Shown here: positions 22,675 through 33,718 of the stretch, piece by piece
How positions within the stretch are numbered: position 1 is the stretch's first letter
Layout of the letters: every line of letters starts with the position of its first letter
Assembly: GCA_013151045.1 (NCBI GenBank)
Contig: JAADIY010000017.1
Span: 10,458-74,457 of the forward strand
Length of the DNA stretch: 64,000 bases
Reading direction: 5' to 3'
Source of the DNA: Gammaproteobacteria bacterium
GTDB taxonomy: Bacteria; Pseudomonadota; Gammaproteobacteria; GCA-2400775
Made by a program: the position numbers and the translations under genes
The notes under the pieces: generated by a model
Told to the model about the DNA's origin: nothing
Seen by the model: only the letters and a program-made list of their open reading frames with translations
Database searches by the model: none

Positions 22675-24003
22675 ATGAAGAAAGTGCCCGTTCATATACT
22701 GTGTTTGCTCGGTGCTATCGGCCTCACATTCAATACACAGGCTGACGATTTAGAAAAAGTTCTTAGCCTAGCCTTAGAAAATGACCCACAGGTTAATCAA
22801 ACAAAAGCGGCCTACGCTGCTGCATTAGAGTCCCGACCGCAAGCGCGTGCGAATTTTTTGCCAAATATTAGCTTTAGTGTTAACACGACCGATAATGCAC
22901 AAGACCGCCAGTTTGGTGCCGGCAGTATATTTAGCGGTAACGAAGACTTTAACTCTCATGGCTATACTTTGAGTCTGACTCAACCGGTCTATAACCGTGA
23001 TTCCATTGTGCAGCGACGCCAAACCGACGCCATTGTCGGTGAAGCCAAAGCTAATTTATCAAGTAGCGAGCAAAACCTCGTTGTCCGTGTCGCCGAACGT
23101 TACTTTGACATACTCGCCGCAGAAGACAATGTCACCTTTGCTAAAACAGAAAAAAAAGCGATCGCTCGTCAACTTGAACAAACTAATGAGCGTTTTGAAG
23201 TTGGCCTGATCCCAATTACCGATGTCAATGAAGCACAAGCGAGCTACGACCTCTCCATTGCCGATGAAATTGATGCAGACAATACTCTGCTAAATGCGCG
23301 CGAAGGCTTACGTGAAATAACGAGTAACGATCATGAGTTTTTAGCCCCTCTAATAGCCAACACACCGCTAATTTCTCCTGACCCAGAAAACATCGAACGC
23401 TGGGTTGAAGTTGCATTAAACAACAATCTATCCGTAATAGCCGCAGAGTTTGCCAGCACAAACTTACGCCATGCTATCGATCGGGCAAAGTCTGGGCTTT
23501 ACCCCACTATCGATATTGTAGCAAGCCGATCAAACAACGTCTCTGCTGGTGGCAGCCTTGGTGGCAGCGAAATCGACAGCACTGCCTTAGGTTTAGAACT
23601 AAATGTACCCCTTTATGCTGGCGGCCGTATTTTCTCGCAAGCTCGCCAAGCACAAGCACGCTTAGAAGAATCAAATCAGCTTCTGGAACAGCAACGACGC
23701 AGCGTAGTACGCCAAGTTAGAGAATCTTATCTCGGCGTGCTCGCTAGCATTAGTCGCGTAGAAGCACTCGTTCAAGCAGAAAAATCCAGCCAAAGTGCCT
23801 TAGAAGCCAATGAAGTGGGGTTAGAAGTTGGTACTCGCACAACCGTTGATGTATTGAATGCCCGACGTGTTTTGTTTGGTGCAAAACGGGACTTAGCAAG
23901 AGCGCGTTATGACTATATTTTAAATACTCTGCGCCTAAAGCAAGCTGCTGGCACATTGAGCAATAATGACATTAGAGAAGTCAATCGTTGGCTTGCACGT
24001 TAA
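22675..24003 (+). CDS. tolC: TolC family outer membrane channel
   Basis: LTQPVY, RFEVGL..ITDV.EAQA.YD, L.VPLYAGG, EVGTRTTVDVLNA, ARYDYILN.LRLKQAAGTL. Start probably ATG 22675. Confidence 0.93.
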   Translation: MKKVPVHILCLLGAIGLTFNTQADDLEKVLSLALENDPQVNQTKAAYAAALESRPQARANFLPNISFSVNTTDNAQDRQFGAGSIFSGNEDFNSHGYTLSLTQPVYNRDSIVQRRQTDAIVGEAKANLSSSEQNLVVRVAERYFDILAAEDNVTFAKTEKKAIARQLEQTNERFEVGLIPITDVNEAQASYDLSIADEIDADNTLLNAREGLREITSNDHEFLAPLIANTPLISPDPENIERWVEVALNNNLSVIAAEFASTNLRHAIDRAKSGLYPTIDIVASRSNNVSAGGSLGGSEIDSTALGLELNVPLYAGGRIFSQARQAQARLEESNQLLEQQRRSVVRQVRESYLGVLASISRVEALVQAEKSSQSALEANEVGLEVGTRTTVDVLNARRVLFGAKRDLARARYDYILNTLRLKQAAGTLSNNDIREVNRWLAR

Positions 24004-24029
24004 TGTAAACTGCCCCCAACCCTATTCAT

Positions 24030-25310
24030 TTAATTTCCTACAATCACGTCAAGCCGTTTAGCTATTAAAGTTTTTACCGCTTCAACTGCACCACGGTTTT
24101 GCTCGATGACTAATCTACCCTGTTCACCTGCATCATCTCTTAAATTAGGTTCTTTTAAAAACTCGATAACGGCTAAACCTAATTCGTTAGCATCCATAAC
24201 TCGCCTAGCCGCACCCTTGTCCAGCAACAACTCACTTATGTATTCAAAGTTATGAGTGTATGGCCCAATAATAACCGGCAAACCAACTGCTGCGGGCTCC
24301 AATAGATTATGCCCACCTATAGGCACTAAACTACCGCCAACAAAGGCAACGTCAGCCGCCGCATAAAACATATTTAGCTCACCCATCGTATCGCCAAAAA
24401 AAACATGAGTATCATCGTCACACACCGCTCCAGAACTGCGCCTGACTAAATTTAAGTCTCTATCTTGGCACAGCGCCTCGACCCTATCAAAGCGCTCTGG
24501 ATGACGCGGAACTAATACTAACAATGTCTGAGGCACAATCTTTCGTACTAAATTAAAAGCTTCTAACACTTGCTCATCTTCACCTTCGTGAGTACTCGCT
24601 GCAATCCAAATTGAGCGATTGCTACCCCAGATCCGACGTATGGCTTCAGCTTCTTCTAGCTGACTTGGCGCAATACTAATATCAAACTTCACATTCCCTG
24701 TCATAACCACGCGCTCTCGCGGCACACCTAAGCTAATAAATCTCTCCGCATCAGCAGCCGCCTGTGCTGCAATCATATCCAAACACCCTAAAGTGCTGGA
24801 TGTTAACCCTCGAAACCTGCGGTATGAGTGTGCTGAGCGCTGAGATAAACGCGCATTAATTAACATCAGTGGAATAGAGTGTTGCGCTGCATAATGATAA
24901 AGATTCGGCCAAATTTCAGTTTCCATAATAAGTCCGATACAGGGTTGGCTACGCCGAATAAAGCGCTTCACCGCAAAAGGTAAATCGTAAGGGATATAAG
25001 AATGCGTTACGTGCTCACCCAAACTTTGTTTAAGCCTATCTGCACCCGTTGATGTCATCGTTGTAACAAGTACTGGCGTATCAGGATAACGATCAATAAT
25101 TCGTTTAAGCAGCGGTAAAACCGCTTGCACCTCGCCAACAGATACGGCATGCAGCCAAATAGGGGGCACAGAAAAAACTGGGGTCTGACCCAGACGTTGT
25201 CGCCAAGAATGATTAGCCTGCTTTGACCAACAGGCGCACCACCACAAACGAAGCTCAAAAAATATAACTACGGGTAAAGCGAGTAAAGTATAGAGATAAC
25301 GCATTAGCAA
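24030..25310 (-). CDS. waaA: Kdo transferase
   Basis: IWLHAVSVGEV, METEIWPN, IAASTHEGED, LVPRHPERF, GGHNLLEPAA. Confidence 0.97.
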   Translation of the reverse strand: MLMRYLYTLLALPVVIFFELRLWWCACWSKQANHSWRQRLGQTPVFSVPPIWLHAVSVGEVQAVLPLLKRIIDRYPDTPVLVTTMTSTGADRLKQSLGEHVTHSYIPYDLPFAVKRFIRRSQPCIGLIMETEIWPNLYHYAAQHSIPLMLINARLSQRSAHSYRRFRGLTSSTLGCLDMIAAQAAADAERFISLGVPRERVVMTGNVKFDISIAPSQLEEAEAIRRIWGSNRSIWIAASTHEGEDEQVLEAFNLVRKIVPQTLLVLVPRHPERFDRVEALCQDRDLNLVRRSSGAVCDDDTHVFFGDTMGELNMFYAAADVAFVGGSLVPIGGHNLLEPAAVGLPVIIGPYTHNFEYISELLLDKGAARRVMDANELGLAVIEFLKEPNLRDDAGEQGRLVIEQNRGAVEAVKTLIAKRLDVIVGN

Positions 25311-25483
25311 TCTGACCGGGTATTAATTGACAAGCAAGACTAAAATCTAGCGATAATCGCCATGCCAAGCACTCAATCCATCAATTAACAGCCTGCGTAG
25401 ACCATGTTCACAGAAAGACATATGCTAGCATAGTATGCTTTAGCTCAATCCCATATCATCTATTATTTACGCCTACAATAACA

Positions 25484-26371
25484 TTGAAACACGCCGACCT
25501 CTATCACCCACGCCACTGGTTATCTTGGCTCGTAGTAGCCATCTTGCGCTGCATAACGCTGCTGCCAGCGAAATTGCTAATGTCGCTTGGCCCACCACTA
25601 GGGAGCCTACTCTATCGTTTAGTCAGCCGCCGTCGTCAAGTCGCCAAAAGTAATATAGAACGCGCTTTCCCTGACAAAACACCCAGTGAAGTCGAGGCAC
25701 TCGCACGCTTTCATTTTCAATCGCTCGGTATCATGGCCATGGAAATGCTAATCACTTGGTGGAAACGCAGCGATCAAATTCCCGCAAAAATTGACATAAC
25801 AGGACTTGAAAATTTAGACCAAGCTTTATCACAAGGTAAGGGAGTACTGCTTCTCAGCGCGCATTTCACCTCATTAGAAATAGGTGGGGCTTTACTACAG
25901 CGTGAGACCCAAAAAATTATCCACGGCATGTATCGCCCACACGAAAACCCAGTCATTGAATTAGCCATGAAAAAAGCAAGGCAACGCTGGTTTGCAACTA
26001 TGATCCCCCGCGATAACGTCAAACAAATGCTCCGAAGCTTGAGAAAAGGCGCCATTGTTTGGTATGCACCAGATCAAGCTTATGGCGGTCGCAATAGCAT
26101 TCAAGCACCTTTTTTTGGTCACAACGTCGCGACCAACCCTGGCACCTCGCGCATCTCTAAACTCAGTGGTGCACCTGTCGTACCCTATTTTCCAATACGT
26201 AAATCTAATAGCCTTGATTATGAATTACGCTTATTGCCTGCAATAGAAAACTTTCCTAGCGACGATTTAACACTTGACGCAACTAAAATTAATTTACTGA
26301 TAGAAAACATTGCTCGCCAATACCCCGAGCAATATTATTGGGTACATAGACGCTTCAAATATTCGGACTAA
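25484..26371 (+). CDS. lpxL: Lipid A lauroyl/acyltransferase
   Basis: YHPRHW, LLSAHFTSLE, YAPDQAYG, PEQYYWVHRRFK. Confidence 0.93.
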   Translation: MKHADLYHPRHWLSWLVVAILRCITLLPAKLLMSLGPPLGSLLYRLVSRRRQVAKSNIERAFPDKTPSEVEALARFHFQSLGIMAMEMLITWWKRSDQIPAKIDITGLENLDQALSQGKGVLLLSAHFTSLEIGGALLQRETQKIIHGMYRPHENPVIELAMKKARQRWFATMIPRDNVKQMLRSLRKGAIVWYAPDQAYGGRNSIQAPFFGHNVATNPGTSRISKLSGAPVVPYFPIRKSNSLDYELRLLPAIENFPSDDLTLDATKINLLIENIARQYPEQYYWVHRRFKYSD

Positions 26372-26424
26372 TCAAGCAAATAGCAGCCAAAAGTGGGCAT
26401 AGAGTTTTTTAATCGATCATCTTA

Positions 26425-27126
26425 TCAAGTAGCCGAATAGCCCTTGAGCAGTTGCTGCCAATCGGTCATTTCAAAGTTAAACTGCGTTTCCTTTTTCTTG
26501 CCTTTGAGCAAGGATCTTAGAAGCCTTTCGATATTATTGATCTTCCATGCCTCACCAAGCTTGATTTGACCTTTATCAAAATCGAGGAGAAATAATTCTT
26601 GTTGCTCATTAATAATAATATTATTTGCATTAAGATCGGCATGATAAACACCTAGCTGATGAAAGCGTTTAATCAACACACCAACAGCTTGCCAAGCTTC
26701 ATACCCTAGACTGACTTCAGTTAATTTTTCTGCCAATGTTTTAGCCAAATTAATTTTCTCAGTAACCAAATCCGCACGGTAGAAACAACCTTGAATCAGC
26801 ACACGTGCAGCCACAGGCTTGGGCACTGGTAAACCTAGAGCACGCATCTTCCCTAACAAATGCCATTCTTTAAACGCTCGTGTTGCCTCTACATCACAAG
26901 CGAAATACTGATCGTGAACAAAGTGAGACAGCAAGCCTCCACGTAAATAATGTTTAGCAACCATTTCATACGCACCATAGCGGAAAAATATCGCCTCACC
27001 ACGCCCCGTCTTGCTGACCTTATCGGGAACTGAATCAACAGAGAATATTTCAGCACACTCATCACTCGAACAGTAATTTGGATCAAATAAGATATACTGG
27101 TCATTGGATTTAATTATCTGACTCAC
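26425..27126 (-). CDS. kdkA: Kdo kinase
   Basis: GRG, HYLRGG, RAFKEW.LL, YHADLNANNI, LLDFDKG, N...RLLRSL.K. Confidence 0.93.
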   Translation of the reverse strand: MSQIIKSNDQYILFDPNYCSSDECAEIFSVDSVPDKVSKTGRGEAIFFRYGAYEMVAKHYLRGGLLSHFVHDQYFACDVEATRAFKEWHLLGKMRALGLPVPKPVAARVLIQGCFYRADLVTEKINLAKTLAEKLTEVSLGYEAWQAVGVLIKRFHQLGVYHADLNANNIIINEQQELFLLDFDKGQIKLGEAWKINNIERLLRSLLKGKKKETQFNFEMTDWQQLLKGYSAT

Positions 27127-27237
27127 TTATTCTTCTACGCTCATTGATTAATAAACTAGTCCAATACGGCCCACGATGTAGTATACGTCGACATAGCAAT
27201 CATTGCGCAATAAAGAGCAAACGGCAAACGAGGTAAT

Positions 27238-27645
27238 ATGAACGAGGCAATGACACCCATTTCATTTGGTGAACTCATAGACAAAATAACTATTCTTGAA
27301 ATCAAATCTGAAAAAATTTCAGCCCCTGAAAAGCTGAAAAATATACGCCACGAACTCACTTTATTAAATTCAGTTTGGGATGACTGCAATTCAGGCGAAA
27401 TTAATATTTCACAGCAATGGCAGGCCTTACAAAATATAAATGGCAAACTTTGGGCTATCGAAGATGATATTCGTGACCTAGAACGAGCCAGCGATTTTGG
27501 CGATGAATTTATAGCGCTCGCTCGCGCAGTATATTTTACTAACGACGAACGCGCACAAGTGAAAAGAGAAATAAATGTAGCGCTAGGATCAACTGTAGTA
27601 GAAGAAAAATCTTATGCTGATTATGCAAAACCCAGCAATAGTTAA
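27238..27645 (+). CDS. DUF6165-like protein
   Basis: PISFGELIDKITILEIKSEKI, LWAIEDDIR, ARAVY.TND.RA..K..IN...GS..VEEKSY. Confidence 0.8.
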   Translation: MNEAMTPISFGELIDKITILEIKSEKISAPEKLKNIRHELTLLNSVWDDCNSGEINISQQWQALQNINGKLWAIEDDIRDLERASDFGDEFIALARAVYFTNDERAQVKREINVALGSTVVEEKSYADYAKPSNS

Positions 27646-28682
27646 TCCTCTAAACTCGCTAATAATTGGTCTGCCCTATCAATGACCTCATCAGCTGTAA
27701 TTAACGACATTACCCCGGGCATTTCGATTTTCTTACCCCAGCTCAATTGCGAAGCATCTTTACCCAAAAACTCTTGCGCCGCCTTATCATAAGCATCAAC
27801 ACACCATTGACGGCTATGATAAGGCCCAGAGCGTTGAGGATCAGTTGCAGCATAGAGCCCTAATACTGGCGTCCCTACGGCGTTCGCAATATGTGCTGGC
27901 CCTGAGTCAGGGCTAATTAAAAAAAGTGCATTCTTTAATATAACGACCATCTGCTCTAACGTATCTTGGCCAATAATATTATTAGCCTGGCATTGCATTT
28001 TTTTTTCTATCTCAAATCCTAGTTTCTTTTCAGCTTCACTCTTGCCACCACACAAGACTACATCAAAGCCATGCTCTCGTATCAAATGATCAGCAACCGC
28101 CGCATACCCACTCGCTGTCCAATTACGAAGCTCATGGCTGGATGCTGGACTAATCACAATGTAATGTTCAGATGAGACTAGTTTTTTTGACGCATCAATC
28201 GCCGACGCTGACACAGGCATGTCGTAATTTATAATTTTTCTATCAATCCCCAATAGCTCTAAAAAGCTAAGCAGCACCTCAAGCACATGCTGATTAGAAA
28301 CATAACTAATATGTTGATTAACCACTAAAGAATGACCTTCTTTTGAGCGCTGACTATCGTAGCCAATTTTAATAGGCGCCTTGACCATTTTCGCAATAAT
28401 ATTCGCGCGCAGCGACAATTGCATATGCAGCAAAACATCAAATGAGCGATTTTTTAACAAGGAATATAGTCTAAAGTATTCAGAAAAACCTCGGTTTTTA
28501 TTAAATGTAATAAACTCAACATCAGCCAGATCAGAAACCAGCCTTTTTTCAAATGCCCCAATAACCCAACTAATCTTACACTCTGGACACGCGTCTTTTA
28601 TCGCGCTAATAACAGGCAACACATGCGTAACATCACCAAGCGCAGACAATCTAACAATACATATATGTTTAAATTTGGCCAT
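27642..28682 (-). CDS. GT9 (heptosyltransferase-like) glycosyltransferase
   Basis: ICIVRLSALGDVTH, ISPDSGPAH.A.AVGTPVLGLYA..P.RSGPY. Confidence 0.92.
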   Translation of the reverse strand: MAKFKHICIVRLSALGDVTHVLPVISAIKDACPECKISWVIGAFEKRLVSDLADVEFITFNKNRGFSEYFRLYSLLKNRSFDVLLHMQLSLRANIIAKMVKAPIKIGYDSQRSKEGHSLVVNQHISYVSNQHVLEVLLSFLELLGIDRKIINYDMPVSASAIDASKKLVSSEHYIVISPASSHELRNWTASGYAAVADHLIREHGFDVVLCGGKSEAEKKLGFEIEKKMQCQANNIIGQDTLEQMVVILKNALFLISPDSGPAHIANAVGTPVLGLYAATDPQRSGPYHSRQWCVDAYDKAAQEFLGKDASQLSWGKKIEMPGVMSLITADEVIDRADQLLASLED

Positions 28683-28868
28683 GAAAATAACTATCGACTA
28701 AAATTAGCTTGAGCTATGAAGAGCTACTGCTAGCAACTCTGAACAAAAGAGTATTTATTAACACCAACTCTCAAACACTCATCAATAAATACAAATAATA
28801 ATTTGCTCATTTTTTTCGGTTTATCATAGAAGAATTTTCTCCACATTAAATCGGGTGATTCATGCTTG

Positions 28869-29738
28869 CTAATGCTCTTCCATAAAATCATCTATATTTA
28901 TTTTATTTGAAGAATCCATCATTATATAATCAGGCAGAAACCGTGCACTAAATTCTAACGGTGACTGAATTTCATGCAACTGTTTCTTCTCTCTGTCTAC
29001 ACCAAAAATCGAATAACCTATTCCCGTCATTAATTTCAAAATACTTTCCGCACGACGCTTCTTATCTTGACAAGAAGCACCACTCTCTGATGGCAAATTC
29101 CACACTTCACAGTAAATATAAGGCATATATTTTTTTATGGTCGACTGCAGCCCCGTTAACACTTCCAGCTCGGCGCCTTCTACGTCAATCTTCATAACAC
29201 AGATCGCATCTGGGATTAATAATTCAAAAAACTCATCGCCAAGGCATGTCAACAAATTAGTGGCGATTTTTCCTTTCTTTTCAGTACGGGCATTTTCATG
29301 CAGCGAGCCCATTTTATCACCCTTCCTTAAAGTGAAAAATTCTCTAAGCTCTTTTTGGTCCGATAAGGCAAAAGGAAATATTCTTGTATTGCGAAAACCA
29401 TTTATAGCAATTAATTCTTGCGTATAAAAATTACAAGCGGGATTCGGCTCAAACCCTATATACCCCCGCTCTAAATCAAAGGATTTAAGTTTAAGCAGGT
29501 ACAGCCCAATATTTACGCCAATATCAACAACTACACCTGGCTTATTTTTCAAAAAAGCGGCCAAACATGATGACATCCAAGGGTCTCGAAAGACAAGATG
29601 GTCTGCTCCAAGGCCTTGAAAGATTGGAATATCTAAAGGCAAGCCATCATAATTTACAGCTGCTCTCGACAAACCAACACGCGACAGAGATTTATAGAGC
29701 TCTCGCCGAAGCTTACTAAATAGCTGGCCGTTAGACAT
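28869..29738 (-). CDS. FkbM family SAM methyltransferase
   Basis: VDIGVNIGLY, GFEPNP, FALSD, MKIDVEGAELEVL.G. Confidence 0.92.
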   Translation of the reverse strand: MSNGQLFSKLRRELYKSLSRVGLSRAAVNYDGLPLDIPIFQGLGADHLVFRDPWMSSCLAAFLKNKPGVVVDIGVNIGLYLLKLKSFDLERGYIGFEPNPACNFYTQELIAINGFRNTRIFPFALSDQKELREFFTLRKGDKMGSLHENARTEKKGKIATNLLTCLGDEFFELLIPDAICVMKIDVEGAELEVLTGLQSTIKKYMPYIYCEVWNLPSESGASCQDKKRRAESILKLMTGIGYSIFGVDREKKQLHEIQSPLEFSARFLPDYIMMDSSNKINIDDFMEEH

Positions 29739-29931
29739 GTTTTCACCTTCAGCTCTAATATCTATATTCGCTTATCAAAATAGCGTCATCGCGACCATGT
29801 ATTAAAAATAATACTATTCATATAGGCTTTTTTGACTATACACTATACGAATATTTTTTCGCTGTATATTACAATTAATATTAAACTTGTACATACACTG
29901 CGACCCAACCAGCTATTCCTATAATCAACCA

Positions 29932-30954
29932 ATGCGTCATCTATTTTTTATTACACAAAATTATTCATATTCGATATTGCGCCCTCTACAAGACGTTATT
30001 CGAAAACGTGGCGAGGAAGTTGCGTGGCTGTTAGCTGGCGATGAACTCAATTACAACTACCTGCGAGAAGACGAAACTAGACTTCATACGGTTGAAGAAG
30101 CTATACACTACTCACCTGATGCGTGTTATGCACCCGGCGATGCCATCCCCTACATGATTCCTGGAATCAAGGTAAACGTCTTCCATGGTTTTAATGTTGC
30201 GGGAAAGAAAAATAAATTTAAAATTCGTGGGTTTTTCGATCTATATTGCACTCAAGGACCAGATACCACACAACCCTTTCAAAGGCTATCAGAAAAACAC
30301 AATAGTTTTAGAGCTATCGAAACTGGCTGGCCTAAACTTGACCCGCTATTCACAAATACCACCTCTAAATTAAATGCTAAAAAACCGACCATTCTATATA
30401 GCTCGACTTTTTCTGATCGCCTAAGCTCTGCGCCACATTTGCTAACCACTATAAAACAGCTTGCATCACAAGAAGATTGGCGCTGGCTTATTACATTGCA
30501 CCCAAAGATGAAACAAGACGTGGTGGCTGACTATAAGGCAATACAGAATGAAAAAATTACCTTCATCGAAAGCGATAACTTAATACCCATTTTACTTCAA
30601 GCAGACGTAATGCTGTGTGACGCCTCATCAATTATGTATGAGTTTTTATTGATGAAAAAACCCGTGGTTACTTTTAACAACCCTGTTAAAAGCGCCTATT
30701 TTCTTAATACAAACAACAACAATGAAATTTCAAGCCTTCTAAAATACGCGCTATCAAAACCAAACAGCCTTATGCAATCTATAGATGATTACACAAAAAC
30801 CATCCACCCCAATACTGATGGAGCATCAAGTGAGAGAGTGCTCGATGCTGTCGAATGGTTTATGAATGACGGCTGCCGTGGTCTAAGGAAAAAACCACTT
30901 AACCTTCTGAGACGCTACAAAATACGCAAAAAACTCGGCTACTATAAGTGGTAA
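29932..30954 (+). CDS. CDP-glycerol glycerophosphotransferase-family LPS protein
   Basis: Y.ILRPLQ, VFHG, IRGFFDLYCTQG, ETGWPKLDP, ADVMLCD.SS...EF. Start probably ATG 29932. Confidence 0.8.
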   Translation: MRHLFFITQNYSYSILRPLQDVIRKRGEEVAWLLAGDELNYNYLREDETRLHTVEEAIHYSPDACYAPGDAIPYMIPGIKVNVFHGFNVAGKKNKFKIRGFFDLYCTQGPDTTQPFQRLSEKHNSFRAIETGWPKLDPLFTNTTSKLNAKKPTILYSSTFSDRLSSAPHLLTTIKQLASQEDWRWLITLHPKMKQDVVADYKAIQNEKITFIESDNLIPILLQADVMLCDASSIMYEFLLMKKPVVTFNNPVKSAYFLNTNNNNEISSLLKYALSKPNSLMQSIDDYTKTIHPNTDGASSERVLDAVEWFMNDGCRGLRKKPLNLLRRYKIRKKLGYYKW

Positions 30955-30964
30955 ATCAACAAGC

Positions 30965-32860
30965 TTACTTCTGAGCAGCAAGCCTTTGAAAATACTCAAT
31001 AAATTGACCAGCTGTTTTCTCTAACGACACATCTTTATTTATTTTTTCTTTGCAACGCCGTGACATGGCGGCCACCAATTCGGGGTCGTTATAAAGTTTG
31101 CGTACGCGATCTGCAATAGCATCTGCATCTTTAACTGGAACCACATAGCCCGTCACCCCGTCTTCGACAACTTCTTTGCCGCCTCCTGTATCGGTGATCA
31201 CCGGCGGCACTCCAGAGCTCATCGCCTCCATCATCGCTCGCGGCAGACCCTCACCACTGACCGAGGCCTGCACTAGCACGTTACTTGCGGCGATAAGCTG
31301 AGGCGCATCATGGCGATAACCAGTAAGGTGTATTCTGTCTCGCATTGCATTGTTAGCAATTTTCTCGGTGTAAGGCGCTTTATCGATATTTTTCCCTACC
31401 AAAAGTAAATGTAAATTGGAAATATCTGCCAGCCTATTGGCTGCTTCCAGCATCACCCCAAGCCCTTTACTAGGCCGCGCATTGACGGCACAAATCACTG
31501 TAAAATCGTCAGCGCCAATGCCAAATTCAGACAAGTCTCCCGGTGGCTGATCATACCACTCAAGCTTATGCCCCTTATGGATAGCTACGACATTGTCTTT
31601 ATTTTTCCATACTCGCTTTACGACATCCTGCCGCACTGCATCTGACACACATATAATGCCATTAACACGCGGATGCAAATGGGTGAGATAGGCGCTAGGA
31701 TCATGACGATAAAGCCCACCCGTGGTACCACGGTAAGTCACCAGCTTGACTTTAGCCCCTTTGGCAGCAAGGGCGGCATTAGGTATCGATTTTGAGTTAG
31801 TCGCCAATAAAATATCATATGGCCTTCTTGCCAATTCATTTTTTACCAACTCAATTGAACTACGACATATCTTCTTTTTTGGCGTGCCGTCTATGACTTT
31901 AATTCCTTGCTCAACATAACGTCGACCATATTCTGTCTCTTCATTTGTAATGATAGTTATTTGATGTCCACGCTTCGCTAACTCAATAAAAATTTCTGCT
32001 TCCGGGCGCAAGCTATTAAAAGAACTATCAGATGAAGTGAATACCAATATATTCATTAGTTTATCTGCGTTTATTGGCGTCATGGTACGCTTTTCACTCT
32101 CTCGCATTGCCCATGCTCCTGCATATTTATTAAATGTATATTGTGCATAAATCATCGCCATTAAAAAGCCATGGCCACCGTCAAGAACACCTAAACGCAA
32201 TATATATATTTGGAAAAACACCCAGACTGCTCTTAACAATGCAACAAAAAGACCTCCACCATAACGGCCGGCATGGTGGCGCTTTTCAGCGCCAAGAGAA
32301 GCATATAAGCCTGTCTTGTCAAGCAAATGTCTGAAATCACGATTTGAATAGTGCAATAAGCGATGCCTTAAATTCGATGTTTTACCTTTAGGCAAAAGCA
32401 CTTTCTCATGCACCAAGTCCTGACTAAAACGTGCATCCTTGCGCCGAAATAGGCGCTCAACATAACGCGCACTACGACCATGATCTAAGCGCTTACCAAA
32501 CAGCATAACCGCCCATTGCATCTTAAATGATATTTCTTCAGGTGAGCTAGAGAGAACTGTTTTTATCTCCCCAGCAAGCTCGGGCGTTAAGGCTTCATCG
32601 GCATCAATCGACAATACCCAGTCGTAACTGGCGCGCTCTAAAGCGCGTTGTTTTTGAGGCCCGAAACCCGGCCAATCTGTAACATATACCTTGTCAGTAT
32701 ATATTTTTGCAATTGCAACCGTATCATCATCGCTGCCACTATCCAGCACGATAATTTCATCCGCAATATCAACCACCGAGCCGAGACATCTAGGCAGCCT
32801 GTCTTGCTCATTCTTGGTAATAATAATAACGGATAAACCAAGTGATTTGTCTTTTAACAT
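30965..32860 (-). CDS. GT2 (WaaE/LgtF-like) - GT4 fusion glycosyltransferase
   Basis: N-terminal LSVIIITKNE...DSGS.D.T...WPGFG.QKQ.A...DADE...VHE; C-terminal GT4 with S.SGEGLPRA.MEAM..G.P...TD.GG..E. Confidence 0.88.
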   Translation of the reverse strand: MLKDKSLGLSVIIITKNEQDRLPRCLGSVVDIADEIIVLDSGSDDDTVAIAKIYTDKVYVTDWPGFGPQKQRALERASYDWVLSIDADEALTPELAGEIKTVLSSSPEEISFKMQWAVMLFGKRLDHGRSARYVERLFRRKDARFSQDLVHEKVLLPKGKTSNLRHRLLHYSNRDFRHLLDKTGLYASLGAEKRHHAGRYGGGLFVALLRAVWVFFQIYILRLGVLDGGHGFLMAMIYAQYTFNKYAGAWAMRESEKRTMTPINADKLMNILVFTSSDSSFNSLRPEAEIFIELAKRGHQITIITNEETEYGRRYVEQGIKVIDGTPKKKICRSSIELVKNELARRPYDILLATNSKSIPNAALAAKGAKVKLVTYRGTTGGLYRHDPSAYLTHLHPRVNGIICVSDAVRQDVVKRVWKNKDNVVAIHKGHKLEWYDQPPGDLSEFGIGADDFTVICAVNARPSKGLGVMLEAANRLADISNLHLLLVGKNIDKAPYTEKIANNAMRDRIHLTGYRHDAPQLIAASNVLVQASVSGEGLPRAMMEAMSSGVPPVITDTGGGKEVVEDGVTGYVVPVKDADAIADRVRKLYNDPELVAAMSRRCKEKINKDVSLEKTAGQFIEYFQRLAAQK

Positions 32861-32896
32861 TATGTCGTGGTAAACACCCTTAATAACGCCGCGTAT

Positions 32897-33718
32897 TTAT
32901 GGTAGATATTTGTCCAAGCCATTAACACAGACTGGATCGGTTATCATCGCCTTTTGTCGAAATATTTTTTCACTAATATCCCAGGAAACCTTCCTGCTAC
33001 CCGCATTGTGATAAAGATGGTATTGCAATGCGGCAAAACGCGAACATTTTAATTTGACACCCGCCAACTTCAATCGCCTTTCCACATCTGTGTCTTCACC
33101 AAAATACGGCTCATTAAAGTCTTCATCAAAGCCGTTAATGGCAAGCATGTCTGCCTTGGTCAAGCAAAAACTATGTCCTCTCAAGCCCCGGGTTTTCCCT
33201 GAGCGCAACAGTGGAAAACGAACGGCTTCTTCTTTATGACGACTGTTTGAAAACAGTATTCTCAACACGCTTAACTTGCCAACCTTGCCAACAGAGAGCA
33301 ATTGCTTGCTGAGTTGTTGGTCGAGCATGACACGGCGACCAAATACGCATATACCTTTTTTGACGTGCCGTAGCATCGTCGCAATGTAGTCCTTGTGTAG
33401 AATGCAATCGCCATCAATAAATAGTAAAATCTTTCCCTGGCTAGCACAAACAGCCTGATTCAGAATCTTATTTTTGCGAAACCCCTTATCTTCCTGAGAC
33501 AGGTGCTTGATAGATAGCTTGCTTTGCAGTGAGTGTTCTTCCACCACTCTTGCAATAGAATCGTGCTGACCATCCTCTGCGACAATCAATTCAAAATCTT
33601 GGCAGGACTGCTTTTCAATCGAAGCAAGCACAAGATGCAAAAAATCATCACGGTTGTAGACCGATATCATAAGCGAAACTAATGGAGCATTAATTTTTTC
33701 AGTCATTGCTTTCGTCAT
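32897..33718 (-). CDS. GT2 glycosyltransferase
   Basis: FELIVAEDG, QEDKGFRK..ILN.A, LFIDGDCI, INGFDEDF...GEDTD...RL. Confidence 0.9.
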   Translation of the reverse strand: MTKAMTEKINAPLVSLMISVYNRDDFLHLVLASIEKQSCQDFELIVAEDGQHDSIARVVEEHSLQSKLSIKHLSQEDKGFRKNKILNQAVCASQGKILLFIDGDCILHKDYIATMLRHVKKGICVFGRRVMLDQQLSKQLLSVGKVGKLSVLRILFSNSRHKEEAVRFPLLRSGKTRGLRGHSFCLTKADMLAINGFDEDFNEPYFGEDTDVERRLKLAGVKLKCSRFAALQYHLYHNAGSRKVSWDISEKIFRQKAMITDPVCVNGLDKYLP

